A stretch of DNA of 64,000 nt. Source: Verrucomicrobiia bacterium (GTDB taxonomy: Bacteria > Verrucomicrobiota > Verrucomicrobiia > Limisphaerales > DASXHY01). Made by a program: the position numbers and the translations under genes. Location: contig DASPIL010000019.1 in NCBI GenBank assembly GCA_035629175.1, positions 12,427-76,426 of the forward strand, read 5' to 3'. This document shows positions 55,411 through 64,000 of the stretch, piece by piece. The notes under the pieces were generated by a model. That model was not told the origin of the DNA and made no database searches. It worked only from the letters and a program-made list of their open reading frames with translations. Positions within the stretch are counted from its first letter, which is position 1, and the number at the start of each line of letters is the position of its first letter.

Positions 55411-55544
55411 GTTTAATTTCAAAGAGAGGACCAACAGCGCCGTTTACCCGGCAGTTCGACCTCGGCTGGACGCTGATTGACGCGGTTCAAAGTTGGCTGC
55501 CTCCCGCTGAGCGGTCTTCCTCTACACGAAATCCGGCGGAGGGC

Positions 55545-57950
55545 CTACTCCACTCCAACACGATAAATGAATCCAACGCCACCCAGTTGTTCAGCCGAGG
55601 AAACCAGGTAACCCGTTGTTCCCGCGTTCCCAACAATGTTCGTTTGAATGGTGGTAAAAACAGGTGGATTGTCCGCGAGAGACGCATGCTCCACGAAATA
55701 GACGCGGCCTGCAACGCTGCTCCACGATATCCGCATCCCCGTCGGGGACTGCGATGGCGCAAAGAGTTGCAGCACCGAAACCGGGTTTGTGGGGTTCGTC
55801 CCAGCGATCCATTCCTGCCAGTTCGAGTGTTGATCAGAATCACTGTCTATATGATCCGCAGCGCCGCCAGTTTGAAGCTGGTGTTCCTGCAGCCAATGCG
55901 TGAACTCCGAAACTCCGGGGGCTTGGAATTCGTAGGCTCCGATATCGATGCGCGGCCCAACAATGCGGGCGCGGTCATCCAGATCTGCGACCCCTGGAGT
56001 TCCAGCGCCGGCATTGATGCATGGCGAGTTCGTCTGCAGCCTGAAGTTGCCTGCCCCTGGATTGACCAGGATGGGAGCGCTGGAGAGATTGCTGATTCCG
56101 GCGGAAAGCGGAGTCAGGCAACTGTAAGTGTTAGCCGTTCCGAAATAGTTAGGATTGATCGGCGCGATGTTGGAATAAACGATACCGCTGGAAACGGTGG
56201 CGCCGCTGGTGGAAAAGACACCACCGGCCTGGTTCGTTGCGAAGTTTTCCACAATGGTGCAATTGCGGATCATGTAGTTATTACTGTTGTGGGCCGCGCC
56301 CCCGGTCTGTGCGCGATTGTGAACAACCAGACATTGTGTCAGGCTGCCAAAATAAGCTCCGCCACCTTGGAGAGCGCTGTTGTTAGAAAGGACGCAGTTT
56401 TGCAGGCTTGCATTATAGGCGCCGCCGCCGTTCAGGCCCGCACTGTTGCTTCTGAGGAGGCAGCGAAGCCAGATTCCGCCGACCACTCCGCCCCCATTGG
56501 TGCCCGCGGTGTTTGCGACAACCAGTGTGTTGGACGACGGGGGGAAGATCACGCCAGGTGCGAAGAAACCGCCGCCGCTGTTGATGGCGTGGTTGTTCAT
56601 GATGACGCAGCCGTCGAAGCTTCCCTGGTACGCGCCTCCTCCTGATGCTGCGCGGTTCTCGGTCATGGACGAATTCTGGATTCGTGCCGTGTTCACGCAA
56701 TATATTCCGCCGCCGTTGGTTGCGGCAGAGTTGGCATGGAAGACGGAATTGCTGAGTGTTCCGATCGCCATGAAATGTCCACCGCCGTGGCCCGTGGCGA
56801 CGTTTCCAACGTAAACGCATCCCGCAACATTGCCCTGGTAGGACCCGCCGCCGTTAAGGGCGAGGTTTCCCCCGAGCACGCAATCCTGCAACCCGGCGTT
56901 GTAGCTGCCTCCACCGTGCAGTTGGGCCACGTTGTTCGAGAAATGAGTGCCGACGAACGTGACGCTGCCGTTCGAACCCCACGCGCCCCCGCCATTCTTT
57001 CCGGCGGTGTTTTCTTCAACCCTGCCTTGATATAAAGTGCGAACTCCAAACTCGGCGGCGAAACCGCCCCCATTTCCCTCGGCCGAGTTTCTGACCAGGT
57101 TCCAGTTCGTCAAGGAATGAAAGGCGTTACCCGAAGCGAACCCGCCACCGTCGCCGTTGCACACATTATCGATCACCAGATTATCGTGCCCTGCAGGCGT
57201 TAGGGCACCAAATCGCGCGCCAGCCCAGAATACACCGCCTCCCCGGCTGGTCGCCTGATTATTTGAGATTGTGCACGAGATGAGAATGGAATCGTAAACG
57301 CCTCCTCCGAAACCTGCAGAGTTCTCGGAAACGTGGCATCCGATCAGCAGTGCGTTGGCGACCCCACCGCCTCGCGGGGCTGAGTTGCCGGTTATCTGGC
57401 ATTGCTTCAAAGTTCCCGAGAAAGCTCCGCCGGCGGTGTTGGTAGGTGAGATGGCGGTTATTGAGTTCGAGATCATGATGCAATTCAACACGAGTGCATT
57501 TGTGGATTCACACCAGACCCCTGCGCCATTGCCCGTCGCGATCAAGCGGCCGAATTCGATAGTAAATCCCTCAAGTGTAGCGCCGTCGCTGAGATAGGCT
57601 CCTCGGACGGAAATATCATTTGTGGATTCCCCAGGCGAAACTCCGAGGATCCTGGTTACTTCAGGTCCGTTGACACTGCGCAAGTGAATGGGCTTCTCCA
57701 ACGCAACTCGGTTGGTCGCGCCATCGAAAACAACTTTTCCTCCTGTCGAATATAATCCGTTCGTGACCAGCACAAGGTCGCCGTCGCTCGCAATGTCGAT
57801 AGCATCCTGGATGATGGTTGCTGCTGTTTGCCAGGTTGCATAAGGAGGAACCGGATTGCTGCTGTTGGAATCGACGTGCAGCGTCGCGCCGAACGACACG
57901 CCGCTCCACAAAAGGTAGAGGAGCGCCAAAAGGGAACGCTTCGCTTTCAT
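55545..57950 (-). CDS. right-handed beta-helix surface protein with Pmp-like GGG/NSA repeats
   Basis: Signal peptide. YATWQTAATIIQDAIDIASDGDLVLV. 15 turns of N-x-A-x-x-GGG-x at ~22-24 aa spacing. C-terminal DSDSDQHSNWQEWIAGTNPTNP segment. Confidence 0.8.
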   Translation of the reverse strand: MKAKRSLLALLYLLWSGVSFGATLHVDSNSSNPVPPYATWQTAATIIQDAIDIASDGDLVLVTNGLYSTGGKVVFDGATNRVALEKPIHLRSVNGPEVTRILGVSPGESTNDISVRGAYLSDGATLEGFTIEFGRLIATGNGAGVWCESTNALVLNCIMISNSITAISPTNTAGGAFSGTLKQCQITGNSAPRGGGVANALLIGCHVSENSAGFGGGVYDSILISCTISNNQATSRGGGVFWAGARFGALTPAGHDNLVIDNVCNGDGGGFASGNAFHSLTNWNLVRNSAEGNGGGFAAEFGVRTLYQGRVEENTAGKNGGGAWGSNGSVTFVGTHFSNNVAQLHGGGSYNAGLQDCVLGGNLALNGGGSYQGNVAGCVYVGNVATGHGGGHFMAIGTLSNSVFHANSAATNGGGIYCVNTARIQNSSMTENRAASGGGAYQGSFDGCVIMNNHAINSGGGFFAPGVIFPPSSNTLVVANTAGTNGGGVVGGIWLRCLLRSNSAGLNGGGAYNASLQNCVLSNNSALQGGGAYFGSLTQCLVVHNRAQTGGAAHNSNNYMIRNCTIVENFATNQAGGVFSTSGATVSSGIVYSNIAPINPNYFGTANTYSCLTPLSAGISNLSSAPILVNPGAGNFRLQTNSPCINAGAGTPGVADLDDRARIVGPRIDIGAYEFQAPGVSEFTHWLQEHQLQTGGAADHIDSDSDQHSNWQEWIAGTNPTNPVSVLQLFAPSQSPTGMRISWSSVAGRVYFVEHASLADNPPVFTTIQTNIVGNAGTTGYLVSSAEQLGGVGFIYRVGVE

Positions 57951-58045
57951 AGGAATCGCGAGACTTGCAAAGACTTCATTAGAAGTCGATCGGGTATTTG
58001 CCTTACTGTTTCAAACGTGTCCAGAACTTAGCCCGAACTGGAAGG

Positions 58046-58167
58046 TGCATTTTGCGATTTGAAGTGAGGAAGATTAACCACTGATCGACGCTGACGAACC
58101 CAGATTACGGAAACAGCCTCCTCTGCCGTTTCGCTGCTGCCTCTGCGTTCTCCTGTTCAATGTTTTC
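58046..58167 (+). repeat. dispersed intergenic repeat, family 1, copy c
   Basis: See copy b. Lies in the 5' intergenic region of the GH51 gene. Confidence 0.8.
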
Positions 58168-58421
58168 CCGTGAGGCGTTTTCGGATTTTGAATGATACGA
58201 ACCCCGCGCATGCGAGGCTCAACGCGACAAAAGGTTTAACAGCAATCTGCGAAACCACGAACATGAATCAGACGAAACCCGCCGGGAGGTGCGGCGCTTC
58301 GCAATTGCGTCGCGGGCATCTCCAGAATGCGAAAAACTGACGGGGTGACACGGCGTTTTGCCTCGAAATGAGCAAGAGCCATTGCGTTGCGGATCGGCTT
58401 TTGGCAAAGAGTGTATCCACC

Positions 58422-60062
58422 ATGAGCACGATCTCCCGCCGCAGATTCATTCGCCGGATTGCAAGCACAGGCACCGTTCTCACGCTCAGCCCGTGGATCA
58501 GTCGAATGGCCTTCGCACAAGGCCGTTCGCCAGCCCGTGTCGCCGTCCACAAGGCTCGCTTCCATGCACAGATCGATCGGCGCCTCTTTGGATCTTTTCT
58601 GGAACATTTGGGACGCGCAGTTTACACGGGCGTGTATGAACCGGGTTCGCCCCTTGCTGATGCGCATGGCTTTCGCAAGGACGTTACTTCCGAAATCAAG
58701 GGAATGAATGTGCCGATCATGCGCTATCCCGGCGGAAATTTTGTTTCAGGTTATAACTGGCTCGATGGAGTGGGTCCCAGGGACAAACGTCCAACGGTTC
58801 TCGAACGCGCGTGGAACTCGCTCGAGACAAATCAATTCGGCACCAACGAATTCATGCAATGGTGCAAGCTCGTGGAAACCGAGCCGCTGTTGGGTTTTAA
58901 TCTCGGCACGGGAACACCGGAGATGGCGGTCGCATTGGTGGAATACTGCAACGTGGAGAAGGGAACCCGCTGGAGCAACTTGCGGCGCGAGCATGGATTC
59001 GAGCAGCCGCACGATGTCCGATACTGGTGCCTTGGCAATGAAATGGACGGCCCATGGCAGATGGGTCACATGCCCGCGCGTGAATACGGCCGCAAGGCGC
59101 GCGACATGGCGCGGCAGATTCGCGTCATTGATCCCTCATTGCAGCTGATCGCGTGCGGATCCAGCAACACCATCCTTTCCACTTACCTTGTGTGGGACCG
59201 TGAAGTCCTCGAAGAATGTTACGACCAGGTCGACGGCATTTCGCTTCACAATTATTACGGGAACACTCCCGAACTGACGCGCAACAATAGCGCGCGGTTC
59301 CTCGCAATGAACCTCGACATGGAACGCCAGATTCAGGAGATCGCCGCGGTCTGCGACTATGTGCAGGGCGCCCTGAAATCGCCGAAGCGGCTCTGGCTGT
59401 CATTTGATGAATGGAACATCTGGTATCGTGCGCGTGCGGCACGGTTTCGCGACGGCAAGCGCGCTTTCGCTCCGCCTTTGCTGGAGGAAATCTACAACCT
59501 CGAAGACGCCCTGCTCGTCGGCGGCTTCCTCAACACGCTCATCCGCCAGTCGGAACGCGTGCGAGTCGGCTGCATCGCGCAGATCGTCAACGTCATTGCG
59601 CCTTTGATGACGAATGCCACGTCGACGATGCGGCAGACCATTTTTTATCCCTACCTGTGGGCGCTTCATCATGCCCGCGGCAAGGCGCTTGACCTGATGG
59701 TCGAATCAGAAACCTATCCGGTTTCGTCGGAAGGATTGCGGGCGGACTTCGCGAGAAACCTTCAGGTGCCGTTTATTGACATTGCGGCGACCTGCGATGA
59801 ATCGCGTGGCGAAGTGTGCCTGCTGATTTTGAATCGTGATCTTGATGGCGACCGTGAAGTGTCAGTGGAATGGCAGGACCCGGTGCCGGCGCGCGTGGTA
59901 AAATGCGAGTCGATTACTGGGCCCGATTTAAAAGCGGCGAACTCGTTCGAGCGGCCGAACAACGTGGTTCCGCAGAAGCTGGAACCGCCGCAACCCGGCC
60001 GTCGAATGACATTCAAGCTCCCGGCTCGATCCTACACCGTCGTAGTTTTGGCCGCTTCGTGA
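58422..60062 (+). CDS. alpha-L-arabinofuranosidase, GH51
   Basis: Tat-like signal STISRRRFIRRIA. YPGGNFVSGYNW. WCLGNEMDGPWQMGH. FDEWNIWY. Confidence 0.9.
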   Translation: MSTISRRRFIRRIASTGTVLTLSPWISRMAFAQGRSPARVAVHKARFHAQIDRRLFGSFLEHLGRAVYTGVYEPGSPLADAHGFRKDVTSEIKGMNVPIMRYPGGNFVSGYNWLDGVGPRDKRPTVLERAWNSLETNQFGTNEFMQWCKLVETEPLLGFNLGTGTPEMAVALVEYCNVEKGTRWSNLRREHGFEQPHDVRYWCLGNEMDGPWQMGHMPAREYGRKARDMARQIRVIDPSLQLIACGSSNTILSTYLVWDREVLEECYDQVDGISLHNYYGNTPELTRNNSARFLAMNLDMERQIQEIAAVCDYVQGALKSPKRLWLSFDEWNIWYRARAARFRDGKRAFAPPLLEEIYNLEDALLVGGFLNTLIRQSERVRVGCIAQIVNVIAPLMTNATSTMRQTIFYPYLWALHHARGKALDLMVESETYPVSSEGLRADFARNLQVPFIDIAATCDESRGEVCLLILNRDLDGDREVSVEWQDPVPARVVKCESITGPDLKAANSFERPNNVVPQKLEPPQPGRRMTFKLPARSYTVVVLAAS

Positions 60063-60108
60063 CCGCGGGTTGCCTTGAGTCGAGCCCGGGTGGCAAAGCA
60101 AAATAGCG

Positions 60109-60519
60109 ATGAAAACCAAAGCGATTACTGGAGGGTGTTTGTGTGGGGCGGCGCGATATGAAGCGACCGGCATGTCCTACGACATCACTCACTGCCACTG
60201 CACGGATTGTCGGAGGAGCAGTGGCGCGCCCTTCGTTACATGGGCATCATTCAAAAGGATCGAGTTTCGGTTTGTCACGGGAAAACCCCGGGAGCTGGAA
60301 TGGGCTGGGCGCATTCGTTCCTTTTGTCCGCAATGCGGCACACCTTTGACGTTCATTGCCAATCGCGACGCCGAAGAAGTCGCCGTCACGGTATGCAGCC
60401 TGGATTCGCCTGAGACTATAACGCCCGCTGACCACACGTGGGTGCAGGATCGGCTGCCTTGGATTCATCTCGCCGACGGCCTGCCCGCGTATGCCCAAGC
60501 AAAACAATCAAACGTCTAG
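60109..60519 (+). CDS. GFA (glutathione-dependent formaldehyde-activating / CENP-V) family protein
   Basis: GGCLCGAARYE...HCHCTDCRRSSGAPF...FCPQCGT zinc-binding Cys pattern. Confidence 0.85.
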   Translation: MKTKAITGGCLCGAARYEATGMSYDITHCHCTDCRRSSGAPFVTWASFKRIEFRFVTGKPRELEWAGRIRSFCPQCGTPLTFIANRDAEEVAVTVCSLDSPETITPADHTWVQDRLPWIHLADGLPAYAQAKQSNV

Positions 60520-60702
60520 CAAGCGGGATCTAACCTAAGCCCAACGCTCTAAGCCGCCCGCTGCGAAGAAGCCCAATGCAGGGGGCGTCAGGCATCTTGC
60601 GTGACGTAGAGGGCGCGCATCCGTGCCGCCCGGAAAACCGTTAAGCACGAACGACACTCAACTCTCTCAATGCGCCCGGCCTCGTTTGAGGTTCCTTCCA
60701 CC

Positions 60703-60745
60703 GGGAGCCCGGTTCCACGGCGGGAAAGGATGCCTCTGCCGCGCT
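60703..60745. repeat. short dispersed repeat core, family 2, copy 2
   Basis: cccggttccacggcgggaaaggatgcctctgccgc matches 40484-40524. Confidence 0.4.
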
Positions 60746-60810
60746 TGGCGCGCGCAGCCCGTTTTGCTGGACTTGCGTGTTGGAGCACAAATCGCATACC
60801 GGGCGCCGCG

Positions 60811-63800
60811 ATGAAAGGAGCATTGACGCCACTGCAGGTTCATCTTCACGTTGCAGCCATTCTGCTGGGATTCTTGGTTTGCTGCGATGGAGGTCCAGCG
60901 AACGATTTGTTCGTTAATGCCTCAGTATTGCTGGGATTGCCTTGTGAAGCCGAAGCGGACGATCGCCTGGCAACTGTCGAGCCGGAGGAGGGCGGCGAGG
61001 ACTGGTTCGAGCGGACGCTTTGGTGGCGATGGACGGCACCTTCCAATGTCGCAGTCCGGGCGTCATTGACGGGGAGCGATTCGGGGCACTACGGCGAACT
61101 CTTTACGGGCACGTCCATCACGAATCTATTGCCGGTCGCAACGATCGCATTTGGTGATGCTACTTTCGAGGCAGAAGCCGGCGTGACCTACTTCCTGCGA
61201 AGCGTGGCAGGCTTCAATCAACAACCGCGTGTTCGCATCGCCTTGCATCCAGAACCTGTTCGTAACGACGCCTTTGCGGAGCGTCTGCAGATCCCAACTG
61301 GCGTAACAAACCTTCCGGGGTCGACGATCGGAGCCAGCACAACCGACGCAGAGTCGTTGCGTTTTCCTGAAACATTCGGGGGAACGGTATGGTATGCAGG
61401 AACGTCGCCCATCTCGGGCACGATGGCCGTCTTCGTGACCAATCATGTAAATGGCACCTATCCGGAATTGCGGGTGGCGCTTTACAGTGGTTCGCGCTGG
61501 CGGGACTTGAAGCTGTTGGGCACAGGTTTGTTCAGTGCAATGGGAAGACTCAAGGCTGGCATGCCTTACGTAATTGCGATAGGCGGGGAGTCCGCGGACT
61601 TCGGGCTTTCGTTGCATTATCCGTCAAGACCGTCCAACGACGACTTCATTGATCGCATGAGCCTGGAGGGCAGCGTGCAGGTTGTCTCGGGTGAGAATTA
61701 TAGCGCGACAGCCCAGCGCAACGAACCCGAACTGCGCAAGGGATCCGCTGGCGCTTCGGTGTGGTATGAGTGGACGGCTCCGGCAGACGGCAGTGTCACG
61801 TTGACTGTCGAGGGACGGGAGTTCCGTCCGCTCGTGGGAGTGTATCGCGGAAATGCGCTGCGCGAACTGCGGAAGGCGACGGATTCCATCGAACCTGCGA
61901 ATTCAAGTGTTTGGCAGACGTGTTACTTCAAGGCGAAAGCGAACACGAAGTACGTTTTCTCCGTGGATGGTTTCTCGCGTGGGATGGCCGGTGCGTTTCA
62001 ATTGTCGCTTCGTTTAACGACATTGAAGATTGTTTCACCTGCGCCCAACTCTGTCATTTCCGCAGCAACACCTCCGATGTTCGCTGTTAATGTGCCCGAT
62101 CCGGAATGGGACGGCGTTCCTAGTGTGGTCGAATACTATCTTCAATCTGCCAGCGGCAATTGGGTTTCGCTCGGCAGGTCGTGGTCTCAGCCGTTTAGTC
62201 TAACCCCAACGAATCTTCCTCCGGGAAGATATCTCTTGTTTGCCCGAGGATCATCGAGCTTCGGCTCCTTTGTCAGTCCTCCCGTGCCAGTGGTGATTAG
62301 GCCGTTTAGCGACGATTTCAAGCACTCGATTCCGTTGAGCGGTTATTTCTGGACGTTCTGGGGATCCACGGCATCCGCCACGCGGGAGAGGAATGAACCC
62401 GAGCATGGCAACGACTCGGTCTGGTGGCATTGGACGGCGCCCTCGGACGGCACCGTGAAGCTTGGGATGACACCCGAATTGCGGGCGGCGGGACGGTTCA
62501 AAGCGTATTCAGGGAATCGCCTGCACAATCTGAAACCCGTGCAGATCGTTAACGACCGAAACATGCAGCCCACACTTCGCGTCAGCGCGGGAAAACAGTA
62601 TCGATTTGTTGTCACCGCGGATCGTCGCAGTCGTGATGAGGGAGCTGATGAATTCGGGATCTGGGGTGAAATGTTGACCGTTCAGATCAACACCCCGGGC
62701 AGGGTGTTCCGCCAGCCTGTGGATATTCCCATCACGCTGACAACGACCGAAGACCTGGGAACGATCCAGCGCGTCGATTACTTTGCGGAGGATTCAACCA
62801 ACGTTTTCATCGGCTCAGTAACCCAGCCTCCGTTCGCAATTGTTTGGAGCAATGCGTTTTCGGGGTATCCGTCGATTCACGCCCGTGTCGTTAAACACGA
62901 CGGGTCGGAGGCGCCTGGCGGATCGAGGAGCATTGTGGTGCGGCCGTTGAATGATGATTTCACCAACGCGGTGGCGCTCGGTTCTGGAACCAACCTGCTG
63001 ATCTCAGCGCGAGTTGCGGGAGCGACGAAGGAGCAGGGAGAGCCGGCGCACGGTTCGGAACAAGGTGTTGGCTCGGTTTGGTGGCTTTGGACGGCACCCG
63101 CGAATGGGCGTCTTCGGGTTACGCGTGAGACAATGGATTTCAGGGAAAGCATCGGGTTATTCACAGGCACGAGCGTTTCACATCTGACCAACGCCGCCCC
63201 GGACTACCCATTCACGTATATCGAAGCGGACGTCGAGGCTGGACGCACGTATGTCCTTGTGGCATGGAACGTTCAGGACAGCGCCGCAGAGATACAGCTT
63301 CGGTTCCATACGCCACCGCTCAACGATCATTTCGAGAACCGCCTGAATGTCAGTGGCGAAGCGGGTGTGTTTGAGGGGCACACCGTCGGCGCCACAGTTC
63401 AGGATGGCGAGCCTGGATGGTCTGGTTACAGCCATACGGTCTGGTGGAAGTGGTCTGCGCCGCGAACGGGACTTTTGTTTTTTCAAGACCTCCAACCCCT
63501 CCAGACGCTGACTTTGTATCGAGGCCAGAACCTCACCAACCTGTCCTACATTGGTGAAGGTTCTTCGCCGCTTGAAGTCGCAGCGGGGACTGAATATGCG
63601 ATTGCGTTGTCCACGTCTTCGGAACTGGATTTTGTGGGAGGCAGGCTTCAGTTCGTGCCTGGAGAAACAAACGACGCCTATGCAGGGCGGATCACCCTGG
63701 CAGGAACCAATGTTGTTTTCTCGGGAAGCAATTCTGGCGCGACCATGGAGCCTGGCGAGCCTGCTTCCCGATACGATGTGGGACGCACATTGTGGTGGCG

Positions 63801-64000
63801 ATGGACGGCTCCGGGAAACGGATCACTCTATTTGCGCCTCAGCCCTTGGTGGCAAAGGTCGGTCGGGGAATTCGATGTCTACGAAGAGGGACAACTGAGC
63901 AATCTGGTTGCTGTTGTGCCTGCCAGAACCGACTTGCCGCTTCGCGTGCACGGAGGCTCATCCTACTCCATCCGATGGGACGGCCAGCGGATTTTCGATC
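60811..64000 (+). CDS. giant repeat protein, 3' end outside the window: seven ~120-aa W-rich modules plus two Ig-like spacers
   Basis: I translated frame +1 by hand from ATG 60811 to nt 64000 and found no stop. It is not in the ORF track because the stop lies beyond the window. Hydrophobic N-terminus VAAILLGFLVCC. Recurrent cores include LWWRWTAP, VWYEWTAP, VWWHWTAP, VWWLWTAP and VWWKWSAP. Alternative upstream ATGs at 60670 and 60730 lie in repeat DNA. Confidence 0.8.
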   Translation, partial: MKGALTPLQVHLHVAAILLGFLVCCDGGPANDLFVNASVLLGLPCEAEADDRLATVEPEEGGEDWFERTLWWRWTAPSNVAVRASLTGSDSGHYGELFTGTSITNLLPVATIAFGDATFEAEAGVTYFLRSVAGFNQQPRVRIALHPEPVRNDAFAERLQIPTGVTNLPGSTIGASTTDAESLRFPETFGGTVWYAGTSPISGTMAVFVTNHVNGTYPELRVALYSGSRWRDLKLLGTGLFSAMGRLKAGMPYVIAIGGESADFGLSLHYPSRPSNDDFIDRMSLEGSVQVVSGENYSATAQRNEPELRKGSAGASVWYEWTAPADGSVTLTVEGREFRPLVGVYRGNALRELRKATDSIEPANSSVWQTCYFKAKANTKYVFSVDGFSRGMAGAFQLSLRLTTLKIVSPAPNSVISAATPPMFAVNVPDPEWDGVPSVVEYYLQSASGNWVSLGRSWSQPFSLTPTNLPPGRYLLFARGSSSFGSFVSPPVPVVIRPFSDDFKHSIPLSGYFWTFWGSTASATRERNEPEHGNDSVWWHWTAPSDGTVKLGMTPELRAAGRFKAYSGNRLHNLKPVQIVNDRNMQPTLRVSAGKQYRFVVTADRRSRDEGADEFGIWGEMLTVQINTPGRVFRQPVDIPITLTTTEDLGTIQRVDYFAEDSTNVFIGSVTQPPFAIVWSNAFSGYPSIHARVVKHDGSEAPGGSRSIVVRPLNDDFTNAVALGSGTNLLISARVAGATKEQGEPAHGSEQGVGSVWWLWTAPANGRLRVTRETMDFRESIGLFTGTSVSHLTNAAPDYPFTYIEADVEAGRTYVLVAWNVQDSAAEIQLRFHTPPLNDHFENRLNVSGEAGVFEGHTVGATVQDGEPGWSGYSHTVWWKWSAPRTGLLFFQDLQPLQTLTLYRGQNLTNLSYIGEGSSPLEVAAGTEYAIALSTSSELDFVGGRLQFVPGETNDAYAGRITLAGTNVVFSGSNSGATMEPGEPASRYDVGRTLWWRWTAPGNGSLYLRLSPWWQRSVGEFDVYEEGQLSNLVAVVPARTDLPLRVHGGSSYSIRWDGQRIFD

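Noticed and set aside
60670-60810. Upstream ATGs (60670 and 60730), in frame with the giant ORF, as its true start.
   Set aside because: This stretch coincides with the family-2 repeat core and encodes Arg/Pro-rich sequence. The hydrophobic signal-like segment follows ATG 60811. The upstream starts remain possible alternatives.
1-64000. Mobile genetic elements, prophage or a genomic island (searched for transposase, integrase, phage structural motifs, terminal inverted repeats and abrupt composition shifts).
   Set aside because: No such genes or boundaries were recognised. The only repeats are short non-coding elements, and composition looks broadly uniform by eye, with slightly lower GC around 15.9-18.7 kb.

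Overview
GC-rich chromosomal segment. Its gene content suggests a PVC-group bacterium, most likely Verrucomicrobiota. That placement is an inference from prepilin-type H-X9-DG proteins, a Pmp-like beta-helix protein, an ECF sigma with a membrane extension, and GC-rich hairpin repeats. I call about 55 protein-coding genes. I recognise no rRNA, tRNA, CRISPR array, transposase or integrase. Left to right: (1) the tail of a cbb3 oxidase cluster (ccoP fragment, ccoG, fixH-like, DsbD_2-like); (2) miaB, an aldo/keto reductase and a GT9 glycosyltransferase; (3) a complete MoxR-DUF58-DUF4381-BatA-BatB-BatC-like operon; (4) a split NHEJ locus (LigD polymerase / Ku / LigD phosphoesterase-ligase); (5) pilT with a PilZ-like gene beside the conserved yceD-rpmF-plsX-fabH block and coaD; (6) hydrolases; (7) an ECF sigma fused to a transmembrane and extracytoplasmic region; (8) a thioredoxin-like gene translationally coupled to a hybrid histidine kinase, preceded by a 187-bp tandem repeat array; (9) a TPR / beta-barrel / DUF11 operon divergent from a compact GspE-L-M-D-like secretion cluster; (10) a pseudopilin-like gene followed by a LamG/Ig giant protein; (11) a Pmp-like beta-helix protein, a GH51 arabinofuranosidase and a GFA protein; (12) an ORF of more than 1060 codons (60811 to the window end) that is absent from the supplied ORF track because it has no stop inside the window. 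This last ORF is built from seven divergent ~120-aa W-rich modules, and I rate it and the repeat/hairpin families as the observations most worth following up. All functional calls rest on motifs read by eye from the translations; no database search was possible.
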